DNA from: an uncultured virus (IMG/VR IMGVR_UViG_3300038424_000133)
Taxonomy: Duplodnaviria; Heunggongvirae; Uroviricota; Caudoviricetes
Strand: one strand, 5' to 3'
DNA length: 20,000 bases
Virus record (IMG/VR): IMGVR_UViG_3300038424_000133
Made by a program: the position numbers and the translations under genes. Below the pieces are notes generated by a model. The model did no database searches. It was not told the origin of the DNA and saw nothing but the letters and a program-made list of their open reading frames with translations. Position 1 is the stretch's first letter; each line of letters starts with the position of its first letter. This document shows positions 1-9,043 of this stretch, one piece after another.

Positions 1-902
1 CTGGGGTCACGATATAACTTTAATCTTCCTATTCCATTTTTCAAAAGTTTAAGTTGAACAATTTCATTTAGTTTTTTCCACTCTGGTTCTTTACTTTCAA
101 AGTAAGTATATCCGCTACCACTTGTTCCGCCAAGTGGACCTTTGCCAACTGGCAACGGAGATTGTTTAACTGATTTAACATAATCCCAAAATTTTGGGTA
201 ATGGTCAGGGTCAACATTATATCTAATTTCTGCACCTGCACCGCCAACAGTTAAGGCTTCATCAAGCATAATGCCCAAAAGCGAATAAAGTGAAGTTGTA
301 TATTGGTCTTGATAAATATCCCTCATAAAATCTTGAAGTTGTTCTTTAAGGTCAAGTTTATACTTATCTGCTGGGTCATCAATCAAAACATCAAGATTAT
401 TACCCATAATGGTTGATTTAAGATAATCTATTGCTCTCGATACTGGTGCAAATTCTTTTCTTAAACGCCTATGTTCATCAACATCATTAGCGTCTTGAGG
501 CATAGCCCATGCCGTTAAAACTGGCGTAGCCTGAGTTATACCACCAGCAGTTGCAGATTCGCCAACTTTATAAGTTTCCATTATGTGGGATACGGCAATT
601 GTTTTGTCATCTTGAGAAAGATTTTTATTAGCTTGAATACTTGCAATCATACTATCTAATTTAGATTGACTTATAGTAGTGCTGTTAGCAGGCTTACCTT
701 CTCCAGCTATAGCCGCAGTATCATTAACTGTCCAAATTAAAAACCCATCTTTAAAAGTTTCATCAATAATTTTCTGTGGATTCTGTCCAGTACGCTCCGC
801 TTCTTCCTTAACAAACTTTTCAAAATTATCATAATCTAAATTGGTTTCTTTAACCTCTGCTTTAGCTATTATTTTCTTTCTGGTTTTCTTTGGAGAAGAC
901 AT
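1..902 (-). CDS. Probable portal protein (N-terminal part; runs off window start)
   Basis: Read by hand: ATG at 902 after GGTGA RBS and a TATA promoter; open to window edge (MSSPKKTRKK...). Segments EFAPVSRAIDYLKSTIMG and LLGIMLDEALTVGGAGAEIRY resemble portal proteins. Confidence 0.55.
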   Translation of the reverse strand, partial: MSSPKKTRKKIIAKAEVKETNLDYDNFEKFVKEEAERTGQNPQKIIDETFKDGFLIWTVNDTAAIAGEGKPANSTTISQSKLDSMIASIQANKNLSQDDKTIAVSHIMETYKVGESATAGGITQATPVLTAWAMPQDANDVDEHRRLRKEFAPVSRAIDYLKSTIMGNNLDVLIDDPADKYKLDLKEQLQDFMRDIYQDQYTTSLYSLLGIMLDEALTVGGAGAEIRYNVDPDHYPKFWDYVKSVKQSPLPVGKGPLGGTSGSGYTYFESKEPEWKKLNEIVQLKLLKNGIGRLKLYRDP

Positions 903-939
903 ATTTTCACCTATTTAATTTATTACTTAATTAACTTCA

Positions 940-959
940 ACTATATAAGTTTTATGGTT
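940..959 (-). promoter_or_regulatory. Archaeal promoter (BRE+TATA) AACCATAAAACTTATATAGT
   Basis: About 38 nt upstream of the portal-like start; identical 20-mer at 16253-16272. Confidence 0.65.
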
Positions 960-982
960 AAAAAACACAAAATAACTAAAAA

Positions 983-1441
983 TTATTGAGAATAAGGGTC
1001 AGGAAGCGTTATTTTTCGTGGAAGATTATATAATTCTGGTGGAAGTTTACCTTCTTGAATCCAAAGAATGGTTTGATAAGCACAAGCAATATTCCACAGA
1101 GATGCAACCAAGTGATTTTCGTCATCACGACCATCAACAACTTGTGCTAAATGACGCATAGCAGAATCAAGAAATGAACTAACTGGTATTCCTTTTTCCC
1201 AATTTCTGTCCCCATATTTCTTGCAACCCTTTTCATAATGAATTGCTAAAGCCCGTATAGTTTGCCAAGGTATAAGGTCAAATCTTCCTTTACCCTGACT
1301 CATATCACGAACTGCTCCTGTACCAAAATCTCGGCGTTGACCAGAATCTTTAATTTCATAATCAGAAGGATGGTCTTTAGTGTCTTGTTCTACTATCTTC
1401 TGTATAACATTATTTTTCTTTTGTTTTTTGTTCAAATTCAT
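983..1441 (-). CDS. dATP/dGTP diphosphohydrolase-like protein (DUF5664 family)
   Basis: Motifs FGTGAVRD..GKGRFDLIP, GCKKYGDRNWEKG, SAMRHL, DENHLVASLWN typical of this viral family. Confidence 0.8.
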   Translation of the reverse strand: MNLNKKQKKNNVIQKIVEQDTKDHPSDYEIKDSGQRRDFGTGAVRDMSQGKGRFDLIPWQTIRALAIHYEKGCKKYGDRNWEKGIPVSSFLDSAMRHLAQVVDGRDDENHLVASLWNIACAYQTILWIQEGKLPPELYNLPRKITLPDPYSQ

Positions 1442-1568
1442 CCAACCTCTTATTAATCTTAATAATTTCGTCTTTAATATACTTTTCGGTTTTCTCTATT
1501 TCGTCAAATTTGCCATAGATGACTTTTAACCATTTCCATTCAGCCTTAGCTTTCTTTGCCGCCGCCAT
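1410..1568 (-). CDS. Small hypothetical protein (52 aa, coiled-coil-like)
   Basis: MAAAKKAKAEWKWLKVIYGKFDEIEK...; fills the operon gap; below ORF-track cutoff. Confidence 0.5.
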   Translation of the reverse strand: MAAAKKAKAEWKWLKVIYGKFDEIEKTEKYIKDEIIKINKRLDEFEQKTKEK

Positions 1569-1665
1569 ATTCGAAACCTTCCTTTATTTCTCTCATTTTA
1601 CGTTCCCAATCTGATTCAGGCATCACTTTTCTATTTGGTCTATTGCGTCTTTGGTTTTTATTCAT
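1546..1665 (-). CDS. Small hypothetical protein (39 aa)
   Basis: MNKNQRRNRPNRKVMPESDWERK...; start overlaps the primase end. Confidence 0.4.
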   Translation of the reverse strand: MNKNQRRNRPNRKVMPESDWERKMREIKEGFEYGGGKES

Positions 1666-2737
1666 GATTTTTTCTCCAAATTTGACACTCATTACTTTCA
1701 AGACACCAACCTAACTTTTTTATTGTTTCACATTTATAAGGTGGATACTCCAAGTAACTTTGTTTATCTATAAAATATTTAACATAATAACGAGTCAACC
1801 CAAGATTAAAATCGTTCATATTACTGAATAAATTAGCAATACTATCTACATCTCTTAGTCCTGAATACCATGCTTCACCGAGAAGTGCTAATCGTTGACC
1901 ATGCTCCATTTCTTTACCTTTAAGTGCTTTGAGATAACACGGTCTTATCTGGCTGATTGTTTGAGAAACTTGTCCTGTATATATCATATTCTTCACTTTC
2001 TTTCGGTCTTCTTCTTCCATTTTTAAACGCTTAATTGTATCCTTTACTGCTTGAATAACATCTGAATATTTAAGACCGCCTTTTCTATAATAGTCTAATC
2101 CACGAATTTTATCTTCTTCAAATTGATTATCTTTATTTACTTTCAATAAAACACATTTCTTACCAGATACTTGATGTATCGAAAACGGAATTCTGCATAA
2201 TCTAACAAGGTCTTCATCGGTTGATGCATCGAGATATGAAACAGAACGATAACACTTTATTGAATCAACAAGCGTCTTATATATTTCCTTAACGAAATCC
2301 TGAGAATCGCTAAACTCATAGATTTTATCAAGATATATGTAAACATGATAGCCTTTATTGGTTTTAATAATCATTGGAGTAAGTTTTGGGTCTCTCTTAG
2401 ATAATTTATAAACAAATCTTTTAAGTTCAAAATCAACTTCTTCTTTGGATTCGACTATTTGTTTCTCAGTTAACTCATCACTGGCTCGACCATAATCGAA
2501 ATCAAGGAATAGTTTCTCTATGCCTTTAACTATGCCATATGATGAAAATGGTTGAACTGATATAAACGCTGGTAATTTATTTTTTTCAGCAAATTCTATG
2601 CATTCGAAGATGTTGTTTGGATTATCTGTAAAGTAGCGTTTGCGACCTGCATATGGCGGATTACCTAATATTCTACCATAATTGCCGAAAAATTCAAGTA
2701 AAAATTCAGATTCACTTATATGGTCTTCATTGGGCAA
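1658..2737 (-). CDS. Archaeo-eukaryotic primase: PriS catalytic domain fused to a PriL-like Fe-S C-terminal domain
   Basis: AEP motifs LFLDFD, TNKGYHVY, D..RLCRIP; C-terminal IRPCY...HGQRLAL...PYKCETIKKLGWC...C with four Cys as in the PriL CTD. TTG start. Confidence 0.8.
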   Translation of the reverse strand: MPNEDHISESEFLLEFFGNYGRILGNPPYAGRKRYFTDNPNNIFECIEFAEKNKLPAFISVQPFSSYGIVKGIEKLFLDFDYGRASDELTEKQIVESKEEVDFELKRFVYKLSKRDPKLTPMIIKTNKGYHVYIYLDKIYEFSDSQDFVKEIYKTLVDSIKCYRSVSYLDASTDEDLVRLCRIPFSIHQVSGKKCVLLKVNKDNQFEEDKIRGLDYYRKGGLKYSDVIQAVKDTIKRLKMEEEDRKKVKNMIYTGQVSQTISQIRPCYLKALKGKEMEHGQRLALLGEAWYSGLRDVDSIANLFSNMNDFNLGLTRYYVKYFIDKQSYLEYPPYKCETIKKLGWCLESNECQIWRKNHE

Positions 2738-3376
2738 TTAACCAATACCTTCATTATATCTATCAAGACATTCTTGACATAAATCATCTGTGGTGACTAA
2801 TTCTTTATCATGTCCACAATTTGCACATTTACCTATTCTTTTAGGTTTTGGGGCATTCTTAATTTGGTCCTCTATCCATTCATCCTCTAATTTAACCCAA
2901 TCTACTACTTCTTCATGAAATAGTATAATTCTCTTCTTTGATTCTCCAAGACCACTTGGAATAACAATTTTAGATTTATAGTAATAGACATCTTTGATTC
3001 CCGCCTGTATAATAAAGCGTCTGCAAAGATGGCATGGGCGTTCATCATTTTTATCATTAACTTCGCTAAGATACATCGTAGCTCCAACTGTAGATATTCC
3101 AACTCTTGCCGCATTCATAATACAATTTTGTTCTCCATGCACACTTGAACAATGCTCATATGATTTACAATGTTCTTCGTTATATAAGTCTTTTAAACAT
3201 GGGGTATCTACACCACAATTTTTTGCCCCACGAACAGTTCCAGTATAGCCAGTTGCTATAATAGCATCATCTTTAACTAATATAGCACCAAATTTTCGTC
3301 TGCTACACGGACTTCTTTCAGCAACAACTTTAGCCATTTTAAAATACCAATCTATTTTATTCGGTCTTTGGCTCAT
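2738..3376 (-). CDS. dCMP deaminase family protein
   Basis: RSPCSRRKFGA, ATGY, VHGEQN (HxE), PCHLC zinc motifs; extra C-terminal CxxC..CxxC. Confidence 0.9.
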   Translation of the reverse strand: MSQRPNKIDWYFKMAKVVAERSPCSRRKFGAILVKDDAIIATGYTGTVRGAKNCGVDTPCLKDLYNEEHCKSYEHCSSVHGEQNCIMNAARVGISTVGATMYLSEVNDKNDERPCHLCRRFIIQAGIKDVYYYKSKIVIPSGLGESKKRIILFHEEVVDWVKLEDEWIEDQIKNAPKPKRIGKCANCGHDKELVTTDDLCQECLDRYNEGIG

Positions 3377-3843
3377 CCATATTTCTCCATTATATACTCA
3401 TAATAATCTGACCAACTTATAAAGATTTCGGTTGAACAGCCCACAAGCCAACTTGGTAATTCACTTGGTTTCAGACTTCGTTCCGTAATAACATATATTG
3501 GTTTTCCAAGATAACATGCTAATGTAACTTCTCCGTAACTTCCACAAATTTCATAACCGTTAAGTTTAGGAATCCAAACAGTCAAGAAGTCTGCTTTTTT
3601 AACCATAATTAAATCTGTTTCAATCATATGACTACTAACAAGAGAACGGGTAGTTTCAATATCTCCCCTTTGATTAGCATCATAAATTTGCTTTCTAATA
3701 TCATCAGTATTACCTTTAATATTAAATGGATTTAGTGCTTCTATGCCCATTTTTCCAAGTCTTTCAGTTGCTTCTTCACGCCACTTTCGGCATTCACCAT
3801 TATTAGTTAAAGTTATCGGACCTGTTAAATATGTTTTAAGCAT
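3373..3843 (-). CDS. Nucleoside 2-deoxyribosyltransferase-like protein
   Basis: YLTGPI, WRE, LNP, DLIMVKKAD, GSYGE...GKPIY signature. Confidence 0.75.
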   Translation of the reverse strand: MLKTYLTGPITLTNNGECRKWREEATERLGKMGIEALNPFNIKGNTDDIRKQIYDANQRGDIETTRSLVSSHMIETDLIMVKKADFLTVWIPKLNGYEICGSYGEVTLACYLGKPIYVITERSLKPSELPSWLVGCSTEIFISWSDYYEYIMEKYG

Positions 3844-4234
3844 TTTTATTATACCACTCCAAATACATCTTACATATAATAGAATAACGACTTAATAAGT
3901 CTTTCGGCATAAGTTTAGCTACTTCTAAAACTCTTTCAGGTGATTGTTTTAAGATGTTCATTAAACCGTCTCCAGCTTGATGACATGGAAAACAAAGTTC
4001 AGCAGTATTATCAAGTATTAGTATTGGATTAGCCTTAACAGTTTCAGGTTTATAAGCATATTTAAAATGATGCAAAGCAGTTATTTTAATTTCATTTTTT
4101 ATTACCGATTTATGGCAAGCCTTACAAATATGGTTTCTTGGGTCAAAAGGTAATGTTATTACACAGCCATTTCCGCCTGAGCCACAGTAACGCATTCTAT
4201 ATTGTTTACGCTTAAATAGTTTTTCTTCTGCCAT
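3836..4234 (-). CDS. HNH-like zinc-binding protein
   Basis: CKAC...LHHFKY...ELCFPCH pattern. Confidence 0.5.
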   Translation of the reverse strand: MAEEKLFKRKQYRMRYCGSGGNGCVITLPFDPRNHICKACHKSVIKNEIKITALHHFKYAYKPETVKANPILILDNTAELCFPCHQAGDGLMNILKQSPERVLEVAKLMPKDLLSRYSIICKMYLEWYNKNA

Positions 4235-4653
4235 TAAATAAACATCCTTTCAAAGCACTCGGCATGGTAATAATAATGGCGTGATTTACGATGTTTAGAA
4301 ACTACCAATTGAGTATAAACTATCTTAACTGGATAACCACATTTTCCACATACAGAAATAATTGTATCTTCATGTGACCGATATTGTTTTTTTAAACCAA
4401 TATTATCTGTATGTTCAAGATGTTCAAGTGGAGTTTGATTACCGCAATTGATGCATTCGGCATAACCTTTCCATGTTATCTTTCTCTCAAAGTATGGGTC
4501 GTGAAGTTTTTCATCACCAGTTTCGTATATGCAATGTGGAGCGCAACAAATTAATTTCATGCCTCTACCATGAGTTTCGAAACCATCGCCAGCAAGTATA
4601 TGCTCTAAAGTTGGAGTTAAAAGAAATTTTGTTGTCATTTTTCTTCTTCCCAT
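4234..4653 (-). CDS. Hypothetical multi-zinc-finger protein
   Basis: Several CxxC motifs and YHAECF; translationally coupled in operon. Confidence 0.6.
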   Translation of the reverse strand: MGRRKMTTKFLLTPTLEHILAGDGFETHGRGMKLICCAPHCIYETGDEKLHDPYFERKITWKGYAECINCGNQTPLEHLEHTDNIGLKKQYRSHEDTIISVCGKCGYPVKIVYTQLVVSKHRKSRHYYYHAECFERMFI

Positions 4654-4835
4654 TTATCTACTTTTAAAGATTTAGATTCTGGAAACCTTTTTCTTGCATC
4701 ATCAATTAATATTTTTCTTCCAAAAGGTGTAAGATGAACTAATGCTCCACATCTACCACAAATAAAGTTCATACCACCACCACCATCTACGCCTTCATAA
4801 CCATCTTTATGTGGACAAGTTTCAGGGTTTATCAT
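4635..4835 (-). CDS. Small zinc-ribbon protein
   Basis: CPH...CGRCG; ATGA overlap with the radA stop. Confidence 0.55.
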   Translation of the reverse strand: MINPETCPHKDGYEGVDGGGGMNFICGRCGALVHLTPFGRKILIDDARKRFPESKSLKVDKWEEEK

Positions 4836-5854
4836 TCTGATGATTCTTCCTGTGCATTTACACCTAAATCTTTTGCAAGTTCTTCGGTTGTTTCTTCTAC
4901 TTCTTTATCTCCTTTCTTTTCTTTCTCTTTCTTTTTAAGGTCTTCCTGAGTCATCTTCTCTTCATATTTAGCCGCATTATCAAGCACTTGTTTAGCTACA
5001 GCCGCATCTTTTGGAATATCTTCTATGCCTTTTTCTGTAATTACAAATGAACGTTCAGCAAGTTTATTAAAACTTGAATCAACCATCCTAACTACTCTAA
5101 CATTGCCTGTACTTTTCATAAAAAATAATACAAAATCTGGCTGATGTGCTAACGAATGACCACCTATTGGTTTCTGTGTTTCTTCTTTGGGTTTTGGAAA
5201 ACCACCAGCATTAGGTTCATCATAAACCTGTGATGTATATAATAAAGCGGCTTTATGCATTTTACTTGCGGTTTCAAGCTGAGATATGAATTCTCTAAGC
5301 AAACCTGTCTTTAATCCTAAAGTTTCTCTGCCCTGAAATTCTATCCCTCTGAAATGTTTATTAAGTGAATCACATATGATTAAATCAACTTTGCCATCAA
5401 TATCTGCTGGGCTTGGCAAACTTGTAGAAACAATCATTTGTTCCATCCAGTTTTTAGGCTGATAATAGATAATTTTATCTCTAACTTTCTCCCAATTAAT
5501 TCCTCTTGTTTCGCACATTTCTCTTAGTCTTTCCATCCTGCAACTATCTTCAACATCAACATAAATAACCCAACCATCTGTTAATACTGTGCACGTTTCA
5601 CAGGTTTGTGTTTTACCTGTTCTAAATTCTCCATAAAGCAATGTTGATTTACCTTCTGGTATTCCACCACCTATAATGTCATCAATAACTGTGTTTGTCT
5701 TAACTTTAATTTCGCTTTTTTCAGACGCTTCTTTCTTTTTTAAATCTATCGGTTTTATCTTGGTATTTAATTTAACACTATCGGCATATTCTTTAAACTG
5801 GCTATTCTTTTTCTTTATGAGAAATTCTTTAATTTCATCTATACTATCTCCCAT
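4832..5854 (-). CDS. radA: RadA/Rad51-family recombinase
   Basis: IDDIIGGGIPEG, Walker A GEFRTGKTQ, Walker B LIICDS, KPIGGHSLAH, RMVDS..LAE..FVITEKGIED. Confidence 0.9.
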   Translation of the reverse strand: MGDSIDEIKEFLIKKKNSQFKEYADSVKLNTKIKPIDLKKKEASEKSEIKVKTNTVIDDIIGGGIPEGKSTLLYGEFRTGKTQTCETCTVLTDGWVIYVDVEDSCRMERLREMCETRGINWEKVRDKIIYYQPKNWMEQMIVSTSLPSPADIDGKVDLIICDSLNKHFRGIEFQGRETLGLKTGLLREFISQLETASKMHKAALLYTSQVYDEPNAGGFPKPKEETQKPIGGHSLAHQPDFVLFFMKSTGNVRVVRMVDSSFNKLAERSFVITEKGIEDIPKDAAVAKQVLDNAAKYEEKMTQEDLKKKEKEKKGDKEVEETTEELAKDLGVNAQEESSE

Positions 5855-6168
5855 TATAAACCGCCTTCTTTCATATATTCATCAACTACAGATTTAGACT
5901 TATCCCAATCCTTACTAAAGTTGAAACCAATCTTTTGCTTTCGCTTCCAACCAAATACTCCTGTTCCAACCCATTTATCACCTTCTTTACGCTTCTTTTC
6001 AGTCATCTGCCATTGATAAATCATAACTTTATTATGACCGAAACTATTGGCAAGCAAAACTGCAAACCACCATTTATTATTCTTGTATATGGTAGTTCCT
6101 TTAAGAACTTGAATTGATTCATCAACTGGAAATGGTTCGCTTGGATTTGGAAAATTATTATTCGACAT
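5854..6168 (-). CDS. Hypothetical protein, possibly PC4-like ssDNA-binding
   Basis: Trp-rich beta-strand protein ending in a helix (WKRKQKIGFN); coupled to radA. Fold is a guess. Confidence 0.5.
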   Translation of the reverse strand: MSNNNFPNPSEPFPVDESIQVLKGTTIYKNNKWWFAVLLANSFGHNKVMIYQWQMTEKKRKEGDKWVGTGVFGWKRKQKIGFNFSKDWDKSKSVVDEYMKEGGL

Positions 6169-6562
6169 ATTCAGCCGCCTTTTTTTGTTCTTTCTTCAAT
6201 TCATTAATGTATGTTGCCGCCATCTTCTTTAGCTGGTTTTCATATAATTCGTTAAATTTAATTTTATCTAAAATAGCAATTCTATCATTGAGACTTATGA
6301 AAACTTTATCTATTAGTGATTTTATTATAGCATCGAGACTTTGAATTCTTTTAGCAATATTATCGGCTACTTCTGGACCTTCATTTAATGATACGGCAAT
6401 ATTGTCAATCAAAATATTTATATTATCCATCATAGCCCTGTACTCTGGACCAATATCTTCTTTCTTTTCCCAAACTTTTAAACAGTCTGGAATTGGATAA
6501 TCATGTTTCAATTTTAATTTGGGGATTTCAATTACTTCTTCTGGTTTATCTTTTTCACTCAT
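6158..6562 (-). CDS. Hypothetical helical protein
   Basis: AGGTAGA RBS and TTTATTAA TATA-like box near 6598-6605; first gene of the replication operon. Confidence 0.65.
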   Translation of the reverse strand: MSEKDKPEEVIEIPKLKLKHDYPIPDCLKVWEKKEDIGPEYRAMMDNINILIDNIAVSLNEGPEVADNIAKRIQSLDAIIKSLIDKVFISLNDRIAILDKIKFNELYENQLKKMAATYINELKKEQKKAAEYVE

Positions 6563-6614
6563 TAATATCTACCTTTACAATTAAATAGACTTCGGGGTTA
6601 ATAAAGGTTTCGGT

Positions 6615-6734
6615 TTACCATCCACGCCGTTGTTCTTCTGGTGTATTTAAAATTTTAAAAACACATCCACAATCTGGGCAAACTTGCCATCTATCCCATT
6701 TTACATTATTCTTTCCACATTTAGGACAAAACAT
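6615..6734 (-). CDS. Small zinc-ribbon protein (39 aa)
   Basis: MFCPKCGKNNVKWDRWQVCPDCG...; strong GGGGTGAG RBS. Confidence 0.65.
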   Translation of the reverse strand: MFCPKCGKNNVKWDRWQVCPDCGCVFKILNTPEEQRRGW

Positions 6735-6746
6735 CTACTCACCCCT

Positions 6747-6908
6747 TCATTCTCCCCAATCTTCGCCTTCGAGCATTTCAGATTGACAGAAGACTCCGTT
6801 TTTATTTTCTAATTCTATGCCACAACTTGGGCAATTGACTAATTCTCCATTTTCTGAGTCATCTGGAATCTCAACATCGCAACCACATTCAGGGCATTTT
6901 ACTATCAT
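6747..6908 (-). CDS. lysW: LysW/ArgW-like amino-group carrier protein
   Basis: 53 aa from ATG 6908: CPECG...GELVNCPSCGIELE, acidic, ends in the diagnostic EDWGE-COOH. Confidence 0.85.
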   Translation of the reverse strand: MIVKCPECGCDVEIPDDSENGELVNCPSCGIELENKNGVFCQSEMLEGEDWGE

Positions 6909-7005
6909 TTCAACATCACAAGATTTATAATATAAAAACAAGTATTTAAAGTTTACTCTAAAAAAGAAAAGAGAGGAAAGTTTGTCAAATCAGCTTATCT
7001 TTTGC

Positions 7006-7899
7006 TTATGGCGTAGATGTTTCTACTATTTTTGCAATACCAGCCGCCTGAATTACTACAGGTTGGTATCGGGTAGTTGTTGCGAATATGCTCAATTCTT
7101 TGTCTTCATATCTCTGCTCTCTAACTCTCATCTTACGTTTCCAAGCAAGAATCGCAACTGGACCCCACTTAAAGTTAGGTGGGAATACAATATATGAAAC
7201 GCCTGTACCTGCAAGCAATGGAGTCTGGAGAACTTTGCATCCTGCAAACCTACCCACTTCACCTTCAAGGCTTTGTGGAGTTAAGCCTGCATAGAAACGC
7301 TCTGTCAATATGAAGAGAGTGTCTTGAACTAATTTAGCCGCAACGTCTGGACCAACAATTAGGAATGGTGGATTATCGGGTTCAGCCATCCATTTACCTG
7401 CCGCCATTATTGCAAGAGTGTTTGTAACAGCAACATAGTTGCAACTTGCAACCGTGTTAGTTATACCCATACCTGCTGAATATAGCGAGTCAATATCCGC
7501 ATCAATTTGCTCCATGACTGCTTTTCCCATGTTGTGAAGGTGTAGTCTGAGCCAATCAATATTCGGATAATCTTCCTTCAATATATCAGTCAAAGATATT
7601 GACGAATATACGAAAGTTGATACTAAAACAAGGACTTTGCTGATGGTTTTATTAGCAGCTGTGAAACCCGAAGAAATTGTGTCTTCAATAGTGCTGGTCA
7701 ACTTTGTAGCAGTTAACTGAGTGGAAGTTGGTACATAGATTTGAGTACCTGTACTACCAATCAAAGAAAAATCTTCTGTTACTGTGTCAAAGAAAACCAA
7801 TGGTCGTCTTGCCCCTTCAATAACTTCGCTGTAAATCAAGAATGCACCGTAATTTACGTCTGCTGATTCAAGAACTTCTTGAATTTTAATTTTACCCAT
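7006..7899 (-). CDS. Major capsid protein (HK97-like)
   Basis: About 300 aa; GTQIYVP, HNMGKAVMEQIDADI, FLIVGP, GEVGRFAGCKV, TTTRYQ pattern; downstream of scaffold/protease with its own promoter. Confidence 0.8.
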   Translation of the reverse strand: MGKIKIQEVLESADVNYGAFLIYSEVIEGARRPLVFFDTVTEDFSLIGSTGTQIYVPTSTQLTATKLTSTIEDTISSGFTAANKTISKVLVLVSTFVYSSISLTDILKEDYPNIDWLRLHLHNMGKAVMEQIDADIDSLYSAGMGITNTVASCNYVAVTNTLAIMAAGKWMAEPDNPPFLIVGPDVAAKLVQDTLFILTERFYAGLTPQSLEGEVGRFAGCKVLQTPLLAGTGVSYIVFPPNFKWGPVAILAWKRKMRVREQRYEDKELSIFATTTRYQPVVIQAAGIAKIVETSTP

Positions 7900-7933
7900 A
7901 TGTCATCACTAATTATTAAATAATTACTTAACT

Positions 7934-7949
7934 ACTATTTAAATCTTTT
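7934..7949 (-). promoter_or_regulatory. Putative late promoter AAAAGATTTAAATAGT
   Basis: Identical 16-mer upstream of three virion-module genes (also 12878-12893 and 19366-19381). Confidence 0.7.
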
Positions 7950-8017
7950 TTTACTATTATTATATATAAACAAAAGACTTAAATATCTGTTTATAGTATA
8001 TTATATTGGTAATAGAA

Positions 8018-8416
8018 ATGAATTCAACAACATTCAACTATAGCGAAATTAAAACCTGTCCAGTTTGTAAAACTGAATTTAAAAATGTTGATAATAGAGT
8101 AGTATATTGTTCAAACAAATGTAGGATTAAGGCATGGAATGATTATATGAAGGAAAGAATGAGAAAACAAAGAGAACATCCTTTTACAGAAGAAATGATG
8201 GAAAAAATGAAGTGGTTAAAAGAAAATCAACAATTTACATATAATATAATCTATGATGAATGTTGGGTTTGTGGTTCAAAAGAAAATTTACTTTGGCATG
8301 AAATAAAATATCAACCAGAATGTATATCAAAAATCCTTTGTAAATCTTGTCATGAATTTCTACATAAATCACTATTAAGAAGACGCAAATGCAGACCTAT
8401 TAGAATTAAAAAATAA
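8018..8416 (+). CDS. HNH endonuclease-like protein with N-terminal zinc finger
   Basis: CPVC...YCSNKC and CWVCGSKENLLWHE...LCKSCHEFLH; opposite strand to the head genes. Confidence 0.7.
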   Translation: MNSTTFNYSEIKTCPVCKTEFKNVDNRVVYCSNKCRIKAWNDYMKERMRKQREHPFTEEMMEKMKWLKENQQFTYNIIYDECWVCGSKENLLWHEIKYQPECISKILCKSCHEFLHKSLLRRRKCRPIRIKK

Positions 8417-8441
8417 TAAAAAAAAAAATAAAAAGGGATAT

Positions 8442-9041
8442 TTAGTGTTTAATGTCTTTGAGAGTTTTTATTTCTTTTCTTCGAGTTGAACCACGAATTG
8501 CTGGGAACGGTGATGGTTGTCCTGTTCTTTTCAAAACTTCTTCGGCAAAACTTAAATCTACATCAGGGTCTTCAACTACTTTTTCTGCAAGAGTATTTTC
8601 TGGTTCTGCACCTAAAGATTCGATATTCATTGGCGGTGCTATTGTTGTAATTTTACACCATTGGCATTTCATATATACGCCTTGACTTTCTATAATGAAT
8701 TGAATATCTGTGTTCTTTCCACATGCTGGACATGGTGCACCATAACTTTTGTCATATTTCCAAACTCTGTAGAGTATTTTACCTTTTACTGGATAATGTA
8801 TTTCCTCATAACAAAGTTCTTTTTCATTGCTTAAATCAGCTATTTGTTCGCTTTCACATGCGCCATAGAATGTATCTACATCATATCGTTTTCCATCAAA
8901 CATATGATAGTTTCTACCTTTTCTAACGTGATAGGTATAAAGGTAATCTTTATCTCCAGATGTCTTTATTGATGTCTTGGCAACTATTTCTCTTGCTTTT
9001 TCTGGCGTTATTTGTTCTGATTGCTTATTAGTTTCTGCCAT
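8442..9041 (-). CDS. Hypothetical zinc-finger protein in head module
   Basis: GGTGA RBS; CPAC...CQWC; directly after the scaffold gene. Confidence 0.65.
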   Translation of the reverse strand: MAETNKQSEQITPEKAREIVAKTSIKTSGDKDYLYTYHVRKGRNYHMFDGKRYDVDTFYGACESEQIADLSNEKELCYEEIHYPVKGKILYRVWKYDKSYGAPCPACGKNTDIQFIIESQGVYMKCQWCKITTIAPPMNIESLGAEPENTLAEKVVEDPDVDLSFAEEVLKRTGQPSPFPAIRGSTRRKEIKTLKDIKH

Positions 9042-9043
9042 AT

